The notes: generated by a model not told the origin, from the letters alone. Counted from the stretch's first letter, positions 12,262 through 21,877 are shown. The stretch is DNA of 64,000 nucleotides from Anaeromyxobacter sp. (GCA_049840735.1 JASGJN010000020.1:160001-224000); one strand, 5' to 3'. Numbers and translations: made by a program.

Positions 12262-12791
12262 ATGCGCTCCTGGGTCCGCCTCGGCCGCGCCGGCCGCGCA
12301 ACCCGATCCTCGTGCACTGGAGCGTGGCGCTCCCGCTGGCGGTCGGCGCCTACGCCACCAGGAGCTGGGTCGGTCCGGCGGCGTTCCTGCTGGTGGTGGT
12401 GGCGCACGCGGTCGGGCACGCGCTGGTGCGGCGCTGGTGCGGCGGGCAGCCGGAGGGCATCTGGGTCCACGCCCTGGGCGGCCACGCAGGGATGAAGGGC
12501 GACCTCAGCGCCTGGCAGGACTGCGCCATCGCCTGGGGCGGGGTCATGGGCCAGGCGGTGCTGTTTGCCGCGGCGTCGCTCGCCGCCCGCTTCGCGCCCG
12601 GGCCGCTGCCGCCGGATCTCGGCACCTTTCTGGCCGCGCTGGCGCTCTGGAACCTGTTCATCGCCTTCGCCAACCTGATCCCCACCGAGTCCCTGGACGG
12701 CGGTCGGGCCTGGCGCATCCTGCCGCTTGCCTGGGCCGGCCTCGCCCGCCGGCTCACCCGCGCGCTGCGCCGCGGCCGCGACCGGGACTGA
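12262..12791 (+). CDS. site-2 protease (M50)-like membrane protein with degenerate zinc motif; probable frameshift at ~12303
   Basis: HAVGH in place of HExxH, NLIPTESLDGGR; N-terminus MRSWVRLGRAGRA..ILVHWS needs a one-base correction. Confidence 0.65.
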
Positions 12792-12985
12792 CTGCTCCGC
12801 CACGGGCCCCGTCCGCCTTGCGGGGCCAGCAGCACTGATCGTCGCAGCGGCCTGGTGACGCGGCCCCCGTCGGGACCATGACAGATCGTGAAGTCACCCT
12901 ACAGTGCGCGCGCACGCGGCCCCGCCGCGTGGCGCGGGCGCGCTGGGGTCGTCCTGCGCGGACTCCTTTCGAGAGGGGAAGCGCG

Positions 12986-14170
12986 ATGAGAAGGTTGCTC
13001 CTGGCAGCAGTGTTCTTTGCGTTCCTGGGTTCGGCCGGCTGCGGGTCGTCCGAGGGTGGCACGCCCTCCAACTATCTGCCGGTCACCGTCACCGATCAGA
13101 TCAAGGCCACCGGCTACGCCGTGGTGGGTGACCAGGCGGTCTTCGTCTACGACCACGCCACCTGGGCGGCGCCGGGCGCCGCCGCGCCGGCGCAGGTGCT
13201 GCTCTCCGGCTCGTTCAACGGCTGGGTCAACCCGGGCTGGGAGCTGAGCCACAGCAGCGCCGATGCCGGCGTCTGGTTCCTGGTGAAGCCCCTCGCCGAC
13301 GTGCTGGTCCCCGGCAACAGCGGGCAGCCCGAGTTCAAGTTCGTGGTGGACGGGGCCTGGCTCTCCGCGGTGGAGGCCTCGCCCGCCGGCTACCACTTCC
13401 TCGGCAACAACCTGCTGGTGCAGGAGGGCGACGACCTCGAGCAGATTGCCGCCAACGAGGCGCAGGCCCTGGCCATCCTCCCGCTCTCGTCCTTCGACCT
13501 GGAGGACGCCGCGGACAAGGCCACCCTCTCCAACTTCCGGCAGGTGCCGGGGATGCCCGGCCTGTTCCGCTCCTACCACCCGTACAAGAAGTCCCGCCCC
13601 GCGCTCGACACCGAGGACGCCCGCATCGCCGCGGTGAAGTCGCTCATGGCCTCGAACCTGATCGGCTCGGTGGTGAGCCTGACCGGCATCGAGGCGCCCG
13701 GCGACGGCGAGGCGCTCTCGGCCTACCACCTGGCCCTGGTCACCAACAGTCACCAGCTGGGCGTGACCCTCTCCTACAACATCGTCTACTACCAGTCCGG
13801 CACCGCCGCCTTCTGGGGCCCGCTGGAGCAGGTGATCCGCTTCATCGCCGACCAGCCGGCGCCGGTGCTGGTCCACTGCCGCCTGGGCACCGACCGCACC
13901 GGCGCGACCATCGCCGTGCTGGAGGGGCTGGCGGGCAAGGCCTGGGCCGACATCGCGGCCGACTACCAGGCCTCCAACGACATGGGCATCGGCGAGTTCC
14001 GCGACTACCACCTGCTGCAGTACAGCCTCGAGCACATGACCGGCGTGGACCTGGACACCCACCCCGAGCAGCTGCAGGCCGCGCTGATCGCGTACTTCGT
14101 GACCAACACCACGCTCACCGAGGCGGAGCTGGCCGCGGTGTCGAACAAGCTGACGGTGGTTCCGCAGTAG
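12986..14170 (+). CDS. lipoprotein with CBM48/AMPK-beta-like domain and tyrosine phosphatase (CX5R) domain
   Basis: Lipobox FLGSAGC; VLLSGSFNGW...W...EFKFVVDGAW; LVHCRLGTDRTG; DYQASN. Confidence 0.8.
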   Translation: MRRLLLAAVFFAFLGSAGCGSSEGGTPSNYLPVTVTDQIKATGYAVVGDQAVFVYDHATWAAPGAAAPAQVLLSGSFNGWVNPGWELSHSSADAGVWFLVKPLADVLVPGNSGQPEFKFVVDGAWLSAVEASPAGYHFLGNNLLVQEGDDLEQIAANEAQALAILPLSSFDLEDAADKATLSNFRQVPGMPGLFRSYHPYKKSRPALDTEDARIAAVKSLMASNLIGSVVSLTGIEAPGDGEALSAYHLALVTNSHQLGVTLSYNIVYYQSGTAAFWGPLEQVIRFIADQPAPVLVHCRLGTDRTGATIAVLEGLAGKAWADIAADYQASNDMGIGEFRDYHLLQYSLEHMTGVDLDTHPEQLQAALIAYFVTNTTLTEAELAAVSNKLTVVPQ

Positions 14171-14276
14171 CCCTCCCCGAACTGCGGTCCGGGCCCCGCT
14201 CGCCGCGTGGTGGGCGGGGCCCTCTCGTCTCCGGCTTCGCTGGCGTGCCCGAGCACGGCATCCGCGGGATGGTCTT

Positions 14277-14978
14277 CTACGGACCGGGGGAGTGGGCGGG
14301 CTTACCTGGCGCGCCGGCCCGCCGGAAGGTCCCCTCCCAGATCACCGGACCGGACTGGATGCGCCCGGGCGGCGGACGGTTGTACTCGGTGAGCGGTCCC
14401 GCCGGGTCGCGCACGAACCCGGCGGCGGCGAGCTCGGCCACGAGCTCCTGCTCCTCGAGGAAGACCTGCGGATCGCCAGAGAACTGCGTGAACACGAACG
14501 GCTCGCCGGCCACCGGCGCCGCGTCGGCGGGCAAGGTGTGTCGCGAGAAGGTGAACACGAACAGCCCGGCGCCTGGCCGCGCCACCCGGGCCGCCTCGCC
14601 CAGCGCACGCCGGAACTCCGCCGCCGAGCGAGCCAGGTTCCAGATGCCGTGGGCCACTACCAGGTCCGCGCTCCCGTCTTCGAGCGGCAGCCCGTCCATC
14701 GCGGCGCGCACGAGGCGCACCCGGTCGCCGAGACCCGCCGCGTCCACCCGCGCCCGGGCCGCCACCAGCATCGGCGCGGAGGTGTCGGTCCCGACCACGT
14801 CGAGCCCGAGCGCCGCGAGCGGCCCGGCGTTCCGCGCCGCGCCGCACCCCAGGTCGAGCGCCCGCTGCACGCCGGGCCTGGTCACCTCGGCCTGCGCCCA
14901 CTGCATGAGCACCGCATTCGGCGCCGCAGCAGCGAAGCCTCCCACCGTCTCGGCCCGATCCCACCGCCCCGTCGCCAT
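14277..14978 (-). CDS. class I SAM-dependent methyltransferase
   Basis: ALDLGCGAARN, ARVARPGA; start taken at MATGRWD. Confidence 0.8.
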   Translation of the reverse strand: MATGRWDRAETVGGFAAAAPNAVLMQWAQAEVTRPGVQRALDLGCGAARNAGPLAALGLDVVGTDTSAPMLVAARARVDAAGLGDRVRLVRAAMDGLPLEDGSADLVVAHGIWNLARSAAEFRRALGEAARVARPGAGLFVFTFSRHTLPADAAPVAGEPFVFTQFSGDPQVFLEEQELVAELAAAGFVRDPAGPLTEYNRPPPGRIQSGPVIWEGTFRRAGAPGKPAHSPGP

Positions 14979-15160
14979 GCCCTTGGTTGTAGCGCCGAGA
15001 CAGGCTCGCGAACGCCTCTTTTTCCCCAGCTTGAAGGAACGGTGAAGCGTCGGGAGGAGGGCGCGGCCGATGACTGCCGTGACCATATCGGCCCTGATCA
15101 AGATGGAGCGGGAGCGCCTCGGAGAGCCGGGCTCCTCGCCCCCTTCGCTGGCGGATCCCT

Positions 15161-15210
15161 GGCCTTCGACTTCGCGCCCGCGTCGCGGGCGCTACGCTCA
15201 GGCCGAGCGG
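15161..15210. repeat. REP-like palindromic element, single copy
   Basis: ggccttcgacttc-GCGCCCGCG t CGCGGGCGC-tacgctcaggccgagcgg. Confidence 0.85.
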
Positions 15211-15262
15211 ATGCCCTGGCGCCCCTGCGCCACCCAAGCCGCCGCGCGCCCTCGCGGGGCCC

Positions 15263-15294
15263 AAAAATGAAACGGCCGCCTCGCGGCGGCCGTT
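15263..15294 (-). terminator. intrinsic terminator downstream of the tRNA
   Basis: AACGGCCGCC-tcgc-GGCGGCCGTT hairpin followed on the minus strand by TCATTTTT. Confidence 0.75.
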
Positions 15295-15300
15295 CCGTGC

Positions 15301-15377
15301 TGGTGGTGAGGGGGAGAATCGAACTCCCGACCTAGGGATTATGAGACCCTCGCTCTAGCCGACTGAGCTACCTCACC
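15301..15377 (-). tRNA. tRNA with CAT anticodon (elongator Met likely; Ile2 not excluded)
   Basis: GGTGAGGTAGCTCAGTCGGCTAGAGCGAGGGTCTCATAATCCCTAGGTCGGGAGTTCGATTCTCCCCCTCACCACCA; full cloverleaf, paired G1-C72, encoded CCA. Confidence 0.95.
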
Positions 15378-15415
15378 GAGGCGTTCAAGGCGGCGGACCG
15401 CCTTGAGAACGCGGG

Positions 15416-15444
15416 TTTATAGAAGGGTCGGCCGGGTCCGTCAA
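15416..15444 (-). promoter_or_regulatory. sigma70 promoter of the tRNA
   Basis: TTGACG-N17-TATAAA on the minus strand. Confidence 0.75.
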
Positions 15445-15603
15445 GGCTGCACATCGCCCTCCCCGGCCAGCCTGGCGCGCGGGGGGCGGCGAGGTGCGGC
15501 GAGGTTTTCTTGACCCCGCCGCTGTGCGTGCTACACCCGCATGCGATATCGCAGGATTGCGGCCGGGGATGGCGTGGCCCGGCGCAGGGATGGAGGTGGC
15601 GTG

Positions 15604-15768
15604 ATGAACCAGATGCCGCTGCAGGACGAGGACACCTCGGAGCTCGACGCCTACCTGGCCGAGCTGGACCGCGCGCTGGACGCCTGCTTCATGGCCGACA
15701 TGAACGAGGCCTTCCAGGCGGCCGGCGCCACCGCCGCCGACGACGACGCCGCCATCAGCGCGGCGTGA
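15604..15768 (+). CDS. small acidic hypothetical protein (54 aa)
   Basis: GGAGG RBS at 15592-15596; MNQMPLQDEDTSELDAYLAELDRALDACFMADMNEAF; TTGACC-N16-TACACC at 15510-15537. Confidence 0.55.
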   Translation: MNQMPLQDEDTSELDAYLAELDRALDACFMADMNEAFQAAGATAADDDAAISAA

Positions 15769-16828
15769 CGCCCGGCGAGGCCGCGGCGCCCGCCTCGGCC
15801 TCCTCCTGCTCCAGCCCCTCGGCCACCTCCTCCGGCGCCGACAGGATGCGCGCCAGCTGGATGTGCCGCGAGAACAGGTAGGCCATCCCCAGCGCCACCT
15901 GGAAGGCGAGCTGCGCGGCCCAGAGCACGTTGGCGTACGCCACGCCGTGCACTGCCACCACCTCGCGCGGGAAGAAGAGCCCCAGCCCCAGCACCACCGC
16001 TCCCTGGAACGTGCCCACCATGCCCGGGCCGGCCGGGATCGTCACCCCGATCACCAGCGCGCCCAGCAGCGTGGCCGACTGCGTGGCGTCGAGCGGCAGG
16101 CCGAAGCCGCGCGCCAGCACCTGCATGCCCCAGCCGTTCGCGCCCCAGTAGACGGCGGTGAGCAGGAAGAACTGGACCAGCTTGGCCGGGCTGGTGACGA
16201 GCCGGAGCCCCTGGATGAAGGCGTCCAGCATCCCGGCGGCCCGCGCGGCCAGCTTCGGCGCGATGGGCGCGAGCAGCTTCTGCGCCAGCGCCACGGCCGC
16301 GCGCCGGTTGCGGTAGGCGCCCACCAGGAAGAGCAGCAGCGCCAGGAAGATCAGCCCCACCACGTAGCCGCCGGTCTTGAGCAGCGCCGCGCCGGGCAAC
16401 CCCTGGGGCAGCGCCAGGAGCGCCACGATCATCAGCACCGCGGTGAAGATCCCGTCGGCCACCCGCTCCACCACCACCGAGGAGAGCGCCGCGGAGACGC
16501 GCAGCTGGGGCCGCTCCGCCACCAGGTAGGGCCGGGCGAACTCGCCCAGCCGGAACGGCAGCAGCACCAGCGCCATCCACCCCACCGCCGAGGCGGCGTT
16601 GAGCCGCTTCCAGGGGACCTTGGCCACCGGCTCGAGCAGGATGCCCCAGCGCAGCGTGCGCGCCAGGTGGATGGCCAGCCAGAACGGCACGTAGAGCGCC
16701 AGGTAGCGGTAGTCGGCGCCGCGCATGGCGCCCCAGATCGCGCCCAGATCCTTGCCGCGCAGGGTGAGCCAGAGCGCGGCGCCGGAGACGACCAGGCCGG
16801 CCAGGGCCTGCAGCAGGCGGCGCCTCAC
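15755..16828 (-). CDS. lysylphosphatidylglycerol synthase TM-domain (flippase-like) protein
   Basis: RTLRWGILL, LPFRLGEFARP, SVVVERVAD, PAGPGMVGTFQ; multiple TM helices. Confidence 0.85.
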   Translation of the reverse strand: MRRRLLQALAGLVVSGAALWLTLRGKDLGAIWGAMRGADYRYLALYVPFWLAIHLARTLRWGILLEPVAKVPWKRLNAASAVGWMALVLLPFRLGEFARPYLVAERPQLRVSAALSSVVVERVADGIFTAVLMIVALLALPQGLPGAALLKTGGYVVGLIFLALLLFLVGAYRNRRAAVALAQKLLAPIAPKLAARAAGMLDAFIQGLRLVTSPAKLVQFFLLTAVYWGANGWGMQVLARGFGLPLDATQSATLLGALVIGVTIPAGPGMVGTFQGAVVLGLGLFFPREVVAVHGVAYANVLWAAQLAFQVALGMAYLFSRHIQLARILSAPEEVAEGLEQEEAEAGAAASPGVTPR

Positions 16829-17556
16829 GCCTCGAGCTCCTCTCCGGCCACGATCCGGCGCGGGTTGTCGGCGCAGAGCCGCTGCACCGCCCCGCGCCCT
16901 CCCCGCTTCTCGAGGAGCTCCAGCCCCTCGGTGAGCCAGCGCTGCGCGCCCTCCGGGCGGTGCAGGTCAGTCGCGCCCACGGAGTAGAGCCCCTGGGCCA
17001 CGAACCGCTCGGCCAGCTTGCGGGCCGTGCGGCCGTAGAGCCCGGCCAGCGCGCCCACGTTGAGCTGCAGCGCGCCGCCCAGCCGGACCACCTCCTCGGC
17101 CCGCCCCGGCCGCTCGAACTCGAGGCAGCGCTCCGGGTGGGCGAAGAGCGGCAGCATGCCCTTGCGGCGCATGCGGAAGACCAGCTCCGGCAGCGCCGGC
17201 AGGTGGGCCTGGAACGGCGCCTCCACTAGCACCCAGCGGCCGGTGGGGCCGATCCCGCGGCGGGTGGCCGGCGACTCCGCCCGCGCCAGGAAGGCGTCGT
17301 CGAGCTTGTTCTCGGCGTTGGTGTGGAGCGCCAGGGCGATCCCCTCGGCCTGGAGCAGCGCGGCCAGGTCGGCCCGGCGCGCCTCGGCCACCGCGGGATC
17401 GCCGCTGGGCAGCTCGGCCACCGCGTGGGGGCTGGGCGCCAGCTCGGTCCAGCCCAGCGACCGCAGCAGGCGGATGGCCTCCAGCGACTGCGCCGGCGAC
17501 TCGCAGCCGTCGTCGATGCCCCAGAGCACGTGGTCGTGAAGGTCGACGAAGCCCAT
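16825..17556 (-). CDS. PHP-family tyrosine phosphatase (CpsB/YwqE-like)
   Basis: VDLHDHVLWGIDDG, SPH, AHPER, ATDLH. Confidence 0.85.
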   Translation of the reverse strand: MGFVDLHDHVLWGIDDGCESPAQSLEAIRLLRSLGWTELAPSPHAVAELPSGDPAVAEARRADLAALLQAEGIALALHTNAENKLDDAFLARAESPATRRGIGPTGRWVLVEAPFQAHLPALPELVFRMRRKGMLPLFAHPERCLEFERPGRAEEVVRLGGALQLNVGALAGLYGRTARKLAERFVAQGLYSVGATDLHRPEGAQRWLTEGLELLEKRGGRGAVQRLCADNPRRIVAGEELEA

Positions 17557-17632
17557 GGCCGGACGGGCGTTCCTTACCACGAACCGCGCAGGGGCGGCCA
17601 GGCGAGCGCCCCCGGGACGGCGGGGCGGGGGT

Positions 17633-17839
17633 TCACGCGTCGTCCTCCTCCCGCTCGACCGGGCGGGCGGGCCGCTCGGCCCCGTCGCCGGCCAGCGGGC
17701 CGGGCACGCGGTAGCTCTCCCCCAGCCAGTTGCCCAGGTCGATGAGGCGGCACCGGTCCGAGCAGAACGGGAAGGAGCGGTTCTCGGCGCGCGGCGCGGC
17801 CGGGCGCTGGCACATGGGGCAGAGGCTGAAGCGTGGCAC
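17633..17839 (-). CDS. yacG: DNA gyrase inhibitor YacG
   Basis: CPMC...PFCSDRCRLIDLGNWLGESYRVP. Confidence 0.9.
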   Translation of the reverse strand: MPRFSLCPMCQRPAAPRAENRSFPFCSDRCRLIDLGNWLGESYRVPGPLAGDGAERPARPVEREEDDA

Positions 17840-17886
17840 GGACCGGATCTACCGCGAGCCGGGGTCGGGGTGCAGCGGGATCCGCC

Positions 17887-18420
17887 CTACCCCTGCCCGC
17901 CTGGGCAGCTGGGCGGGAGGAGCGGCGTGATGGCGTCGGTGAGGGTGCGGTCGTCAATCTCGCCGCTGAACACCTGGCGGACGTTGCCTTCCACGTCGAT
18001 CACGAAGGTCTTGGGGTAGCCGCGCACGTTCCAGGGGACCAGCAGGGAGGCGTCGGCGTCGAAGAGGACCGGGTACGGCAGCGACCGGGCCATCGCGGTC
18101 ACGTCGGAGCGGGCCGACTCCTCCGCCACGCCCAAGAGCTCGAAGCAGCGGTCCTTGTGCTCCCGCCAGACGCGCGCCAGGTCCGGGATCTCCTCGCGGC
18201 AGGGCGGGCACCAGGTGGCCCAGAAGTTCACCGCCACCACCTTGCCGCGGTACTGCGCGAGGTCCACCTCCTTGCCCTGCAGGTCGGGCAGCGCCAGCGC
18301 CGGGGCCGGCTGACCGGGCCCCTGCAGCTTCACCGGCTGCCGCCGCATGCCCTTCCAGGCGAGCTCGACCGCGACGATCGCCGCGAGCGCCAGCAGCACC
18401 AGCTTGGCCCAGCCCTTCAT
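17887..18420 (-). CDS. TlpA/ResA family thiol-disulfide oxidoreductase
   Basis: N-terminal TM helix, VNFWATWCPPCREE, GYPKT. Confidence 0.9.
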   Translation of the reverse strand: MKGWAKLVLLALAAIVAVELAWKGMRRQPVKLQGPGQPAPALALPDLQGKEVDLAQYRGKVVAVNFWATWCPPCREEIPDLARVWREHKDRCFELLGVAEESARSDVTAMARSLPYPVLFDADASLLVPWNVRGYPKTFVIDVEGNVRQVFSGEIDDRTLTDAITPLLPPSCPGGQG

Positions 18421-18435
18421 CGGATCCTGCCTCCG

Positions 18436-20256
18436 CTACTTCGCGGCTCCGGCCGCCGAGCCGGCGCCGGAGAGCATGAGGGTCTTGATGTCGTCGTCGG
18501 TGAAGAACAGCCCGCCGCCGATGAACACGTCGGTGCCCAGGCTGAACCCGCGCCCGCCGGTGGAGGTGGCGGTCCGCCAGCGGTTGAGGAAGTCGTCCAC
18601 GCCGGTGGTGACGTAGAAGTGCTTGCCGAAGTTGTAGTTGGCCCAGAACTTGGCGCGCGGGAAGACGTCCTGCTGCGGCCGCTGGAACTGGTAGAGCGAC
18701 AGCGAGAACTGCAGGGCGTCGTCGAGGAAGTGCAGGTCGGTCCCCACGCCGCCCGCGCTCTCGATGATGCCGGCGCGGAAGGTGGCCGGGCCGAACCGCT
18801 TCCCGAACTGCAGCGAGAAGGTGAGCTTGTCCTCGTGCTTGGTGCGGGTGCTGACCGTGGTCCGCTCCTCGCCGGTGCTCGGGTCGCGGGTGGTGATGGT
18901 CTCGGTGGTGACGGTGTCCACGCCGCGCGGATCGCTGACAATCTCGAAGTCGTAGAACTTGTCGGGCCGCGGCAGGAGCCGCGCGCCGAAGTAGACCTTG
19001 GCGCCCGGGCGGCCGTCCGCCACGCTCTGGTTGAGCAGCCACTCCGAGCGGAAGCCCACCTGGATCTGCAGCTTGTTGAGCCGGTTGAAGTAGTCGGTGA
19101 CGGCGTCCACCGCCTGCCCCACCTCGCGGCCGGTCTTCTCGTCCACCAGGAGCTTGCCGGCGACGCTCTTCCCCTCGTTCACCTTGCCGAGGATCGAGTC
19201 GAGCTTGCCCAGGCTGTCGTTGAGCCGGGCCACCGCCGCCCGGACATCCTTGCTCTCGCCCGACGCCGCGACCACCACCGCGCCGCCCGGCGGCGCAGCC
19301 GCGAGCGGCGCCGCGCCGGCCGCCCCATCCTCCACCGGCCCGGGCGCGCCCGCCACCGCGCCGGACGAGTCCGCGCTCTCCCTCGCCGGCTCGCCGGCCG
19401 GCTCCGCCCCGGCCACCGCGGCCCCGGCAGCGCCCGGCGCACCCTGCCCGCCTGGCTCGCCCATGGCGCCCGGCTGGCCGGCCCCGATGGCCGTGGTCTG
19501 GCCGGTGCCGTCGAGGATGGTCTGCAGGCTGGCGGAGGTGACGCGGAGCTGCGCCGTGAGCGCCTCCACGTTGGCGATGATGTTGTGGATCTTCTGCTTG
19601 TCGCGGCCGGTGATGTCGCGCAGGTCGGCGGAGACCGCCTCGGCGTTGCTCAGGATGGCGCCGAGCTTGCCGTCGTTCTCGTCCACCAGCCGGTCCAGCT
19701 TGTCGGTGATCTGCGCCAGGTTCTGGATGACGGTGCTGAGGCTGCCCTTCTCGCTGTTGACGGTCTTGGCCAGGTCGCCGGTGACGGTCTGCACGTCGGC
19801 GGCGATCTTGGCCATGGAGTCCAGCAGCTGCTGCACGCTGGTGGCCTCCCGCACGCAGGTGATCTCGCGCTGCTCCTCCGGCAGCTGCGAGAGCAGCGGC
19901 GACCCGGGCGTGCCGGGCGAGACGTCGAGCAGCGCGTCGGGGAGGAGCGCAGAGGGGAAGGTCTTGTAGAGGCAGGCGTCGGCGTGCAGCTCGACGTCGG
20001 TGCGGATGCGCAGGTCGAGCCGGGCCCGCGAGCCCTCCAGGGCGATCTTGGAGACCTCGCCGATCTGGATGCCGGCGATCTGGGCGCGGCTCTTCCAGGT
20101 CAGGCCGGTCGCGTCGGCGAAGTAGGCGTGGACCAGGTAGGAGTCCCGGTCGGAGTAACCGCCCTTCTTGAGGAAGGTGAACGCCAGGAGGAAGGCGGCC
20201 CCGGTCAGCGCGACCAGGACGCCCACGGCGAGGGCCTTGTTGGCTGCGGGCTTCAC
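18436..20256 (-). CDS. mlaD: MCE/MlaD family protein with long helical region and beta-rich C-terminus
   Basis: TM helix then FADATGL...AGIQIGEV MCE domain; follows mlaE/mlaF. Confidence 0.85.
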   Translation of the reverse strand: MKPAANKALAVGVLVALTGAAFLLAFTFLKKGGYSDRDSYLVHAYFADATGLTWKSRAQIAGIQIGEVSKIALEGSRARLDLRIRTDVELHADACLYKTFPSALLPDALLDVSPGTPGSPLLSQLPEEQREITCVREATSVQQLLDSMAKIAADVQTVTGDLAKTVNSEKGSLSTVIQNLAQITDKLDRLVDENDGKLGAILSNAEAVSADLRDITGRDKQKIHNIIANVEALTAQLRVTSASLQTILDGTGQTTAIGAGQPGAMGEPGGQGAPGAAGAAVAGAEPAGEPARESADSSGAVAGAPGPVEDGAAGAAPLAAAPPGGAVVVAASGESKDVRAAVARLNDSLGKLDSILGKVNEGKSVAGKLLVDEKTGREVGQAVDAVTDYFNRLNKLQIQVGFRSEWLLNQSVADGRPGAKVYFGARLLPRPDKFYDFEIVSDPRGVDTVTTETITTRDPSTGEERTTVSTRTKHEDKLTFSLQFGKRFGPATFRAGIIESAGGVGTDLHFLDDALQFSLSLYQFQRPQQDVFPRAKFWANYNFGKHFYVTTGVDDFLNRWRTATSTGGRGFSLGTDVFIGGGLFFTDDDIKTLMLSGAGSAAGAAK

Positions 20257-20272
20257 GTACGGGTGTCGCTCC

Positions 20273-21016
20273 TCACTGCTTCTCGAACCACGTGGACAGG
20301 AACTTCTGCACGAACGGGTCCGAGCTCTGGCGGACCTCGGCAGGGGTGCCCTCGGCCGCGAGGTGACCATCGTAGAGCACCGCCAGCCGATCGGCCACCC
20401 GGAAAGCGCTCGCGATGTCGTGCGAGATGACCATGGAGGTGATGCCCAGCCGCTCCTTGGCGTGGATGATCATCTCGTCCACGGAGTTGGTGGTGATGGG
20501 GTCGAGGCCGGTGGTGGGCTCGTCGTAGAGGACGATCCGCGGCTCGCTGACCAGCGCCCGCGCCAGGGCCACGCGCTTGCGCATGCCGCCGGAGAGCTCG
20601 GCCGGCCAGCGGTCCAGCACCTCCTCCCCCAGGTCCACCACCGCCAGCTTCTCCACCACGCGCTTGCGGATCTCCGCCGCGGAGAGGCCGAGCCCGCGCC
20701 GCTCGCGGATGGGGAAGGCCACGTTGTCGAAGACGCTCATGGAGTCGAAGAGCGCCGCGCCCTGGAAGACCATCCCGAACCGCTGGCGCGCCTCGGTGAG
20801 CTCCTTGCCGGAGAGCGCGTTGAGGTCCACGCCGTCCACCGTGATGCTGCCGCGGTCGGGCTTGAGCAGCCCGATGACGTGCTTCATGAGCACGGTCTTG
20901 CCCGAGCCCGACCCGCCCAGCACCACGTAGGTGGTGCCCTCCGGGATCCGCAGGGTGATGCCCTTCAGGACGTGGTTCGGGCCGAAGGACTTCCAGAGGT
21001 CGTTCACCTCGATCAT
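20273..21016 (-). CDS. mlaF: MlaF/Mkl ABC transporter ATPase
   Basis: GGSGSGKT, FQGAALFDS, LSGGMRKRV, YDEPTTGLDP, SHD. Confidence 0.92.
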   Translation of the reverse strand: MIEVNDLWKSFGPNHVLKGITLRIPEGTTYVVLGGSGSGKTVLMKHVIGLLKPDRGSITVDGVDLNALSGKELTEARQRFGMVFQGAALFDSMSVFDNVAFPIRERRGLGLSAAEIRKRVVEKLAVVDLGEEVLDRWPAELSGGMRKRVALARALVSEPRIVLYDEPTTGLDPITTNSVDEMIIHAKERLGITSMVISHDIASAFRVADRLAVLYDGHLAAEGTPAEVRQSSDPFVQKFLSTWFEKQ

Positions 21017-21768
21017 CAGGTCCCCACGAAGACCACGGTCGCGGCGTAGTCCGCCACCAGGATGGCGATGGAGCTCGCCACCACCGCCCGGGTGGTCCCC
21101 TCTCCCACTCCCTGCGCGCCCCCGCGCGCGGAGTAGCCGCGCCAGGTGGTGATGATGGCGACGATGGCCCCGAACACCAGGGCCTTGCCCAGCCCGTGGA
21201 AGATGTCGTCCGGCCCCACGAACTCGCGGGTGTGGGCGATGAACGGGCCCTCCGGGATGCCGGCCACGTAGATGCCCATCAGGTAGGCCCCGCCGAACCC
21301 GAGGACGTTGAAGAGCATGGTGAGGGCCGGGAACATGGCCACGGCGGCCAGCACCCGCGGGACCACCAGGTACTGGATGGGCGAGACGGCCATGGTCTCC
21401 ATGGCGTCGATCTGCTCGGTCACGCGCATGGTGCCCAGCTCGGTGGCGATGGCGCTGCCCGCCCGCCCGGTCACCATCAGCGCCGTGAACACCGGCGCCA
21501 GCTCGCGCGAGAGGGCGAAGGCGGTCGAGCCGCCCACGTACCCCTCCGCCGCGAACTGCTTCATGGCGTAGTTCATCTGCAGGCCGAAGACCATGCCGGC
21601 GAAGGTGCCGGTCACGCCCACGATGAAGGCGGACCCCACGCCGATGAACGCCATCTGCTGGATGACGAGGTCGAGGCGGAACGGGGGCCGGAAGGCCCAG
21701 GCCACGGTCTCGGCCGCGAAGAACAGCATCTGGCCGAAATCCTCGAACGCCGCGCGCAGCTTCCTCAT
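21016..21768 (-). CDS. mlaE: MlaE family ABC permease
   Basis: RELAPVFTALMVTGRAGSAIATELGTMRVTEQIDA, GVGEGTTRAVV. Confidence 0.93.
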   Translation of the reverse strand: MRKLRAAFEDFGQMLFFAAETVAWAFRPPFRLDLVIQQMAFIGVGSAFIVGVTGTFAGMVFGLQMNYAMKQFAAEGYVGGSTAFALSRELAPVFTALMVTGRAGSAIATELGTMRVTEQIDAMETMAVSPIQYLVVPRVLAAVAMFPALTMLFNVLGFGGAYLMGIYVAGIPEGPFIAHTREFVGPDDIFHGLGKALVFGAIVAIITTWRGYSARGGAQGVGEGTTRAVVASSIAILVADYAATVVFVGT

Positions 21769-21877
21769 GGATGAGCCATTGTCGCACGGCACGCCGGCGG
21801 GCGGGGGACCGAGAACGCACCCCCGGGGCCTTGGGCCGCGGGCGGACCGGCCCGAGCACGGCTATACTGCGCCGCCC

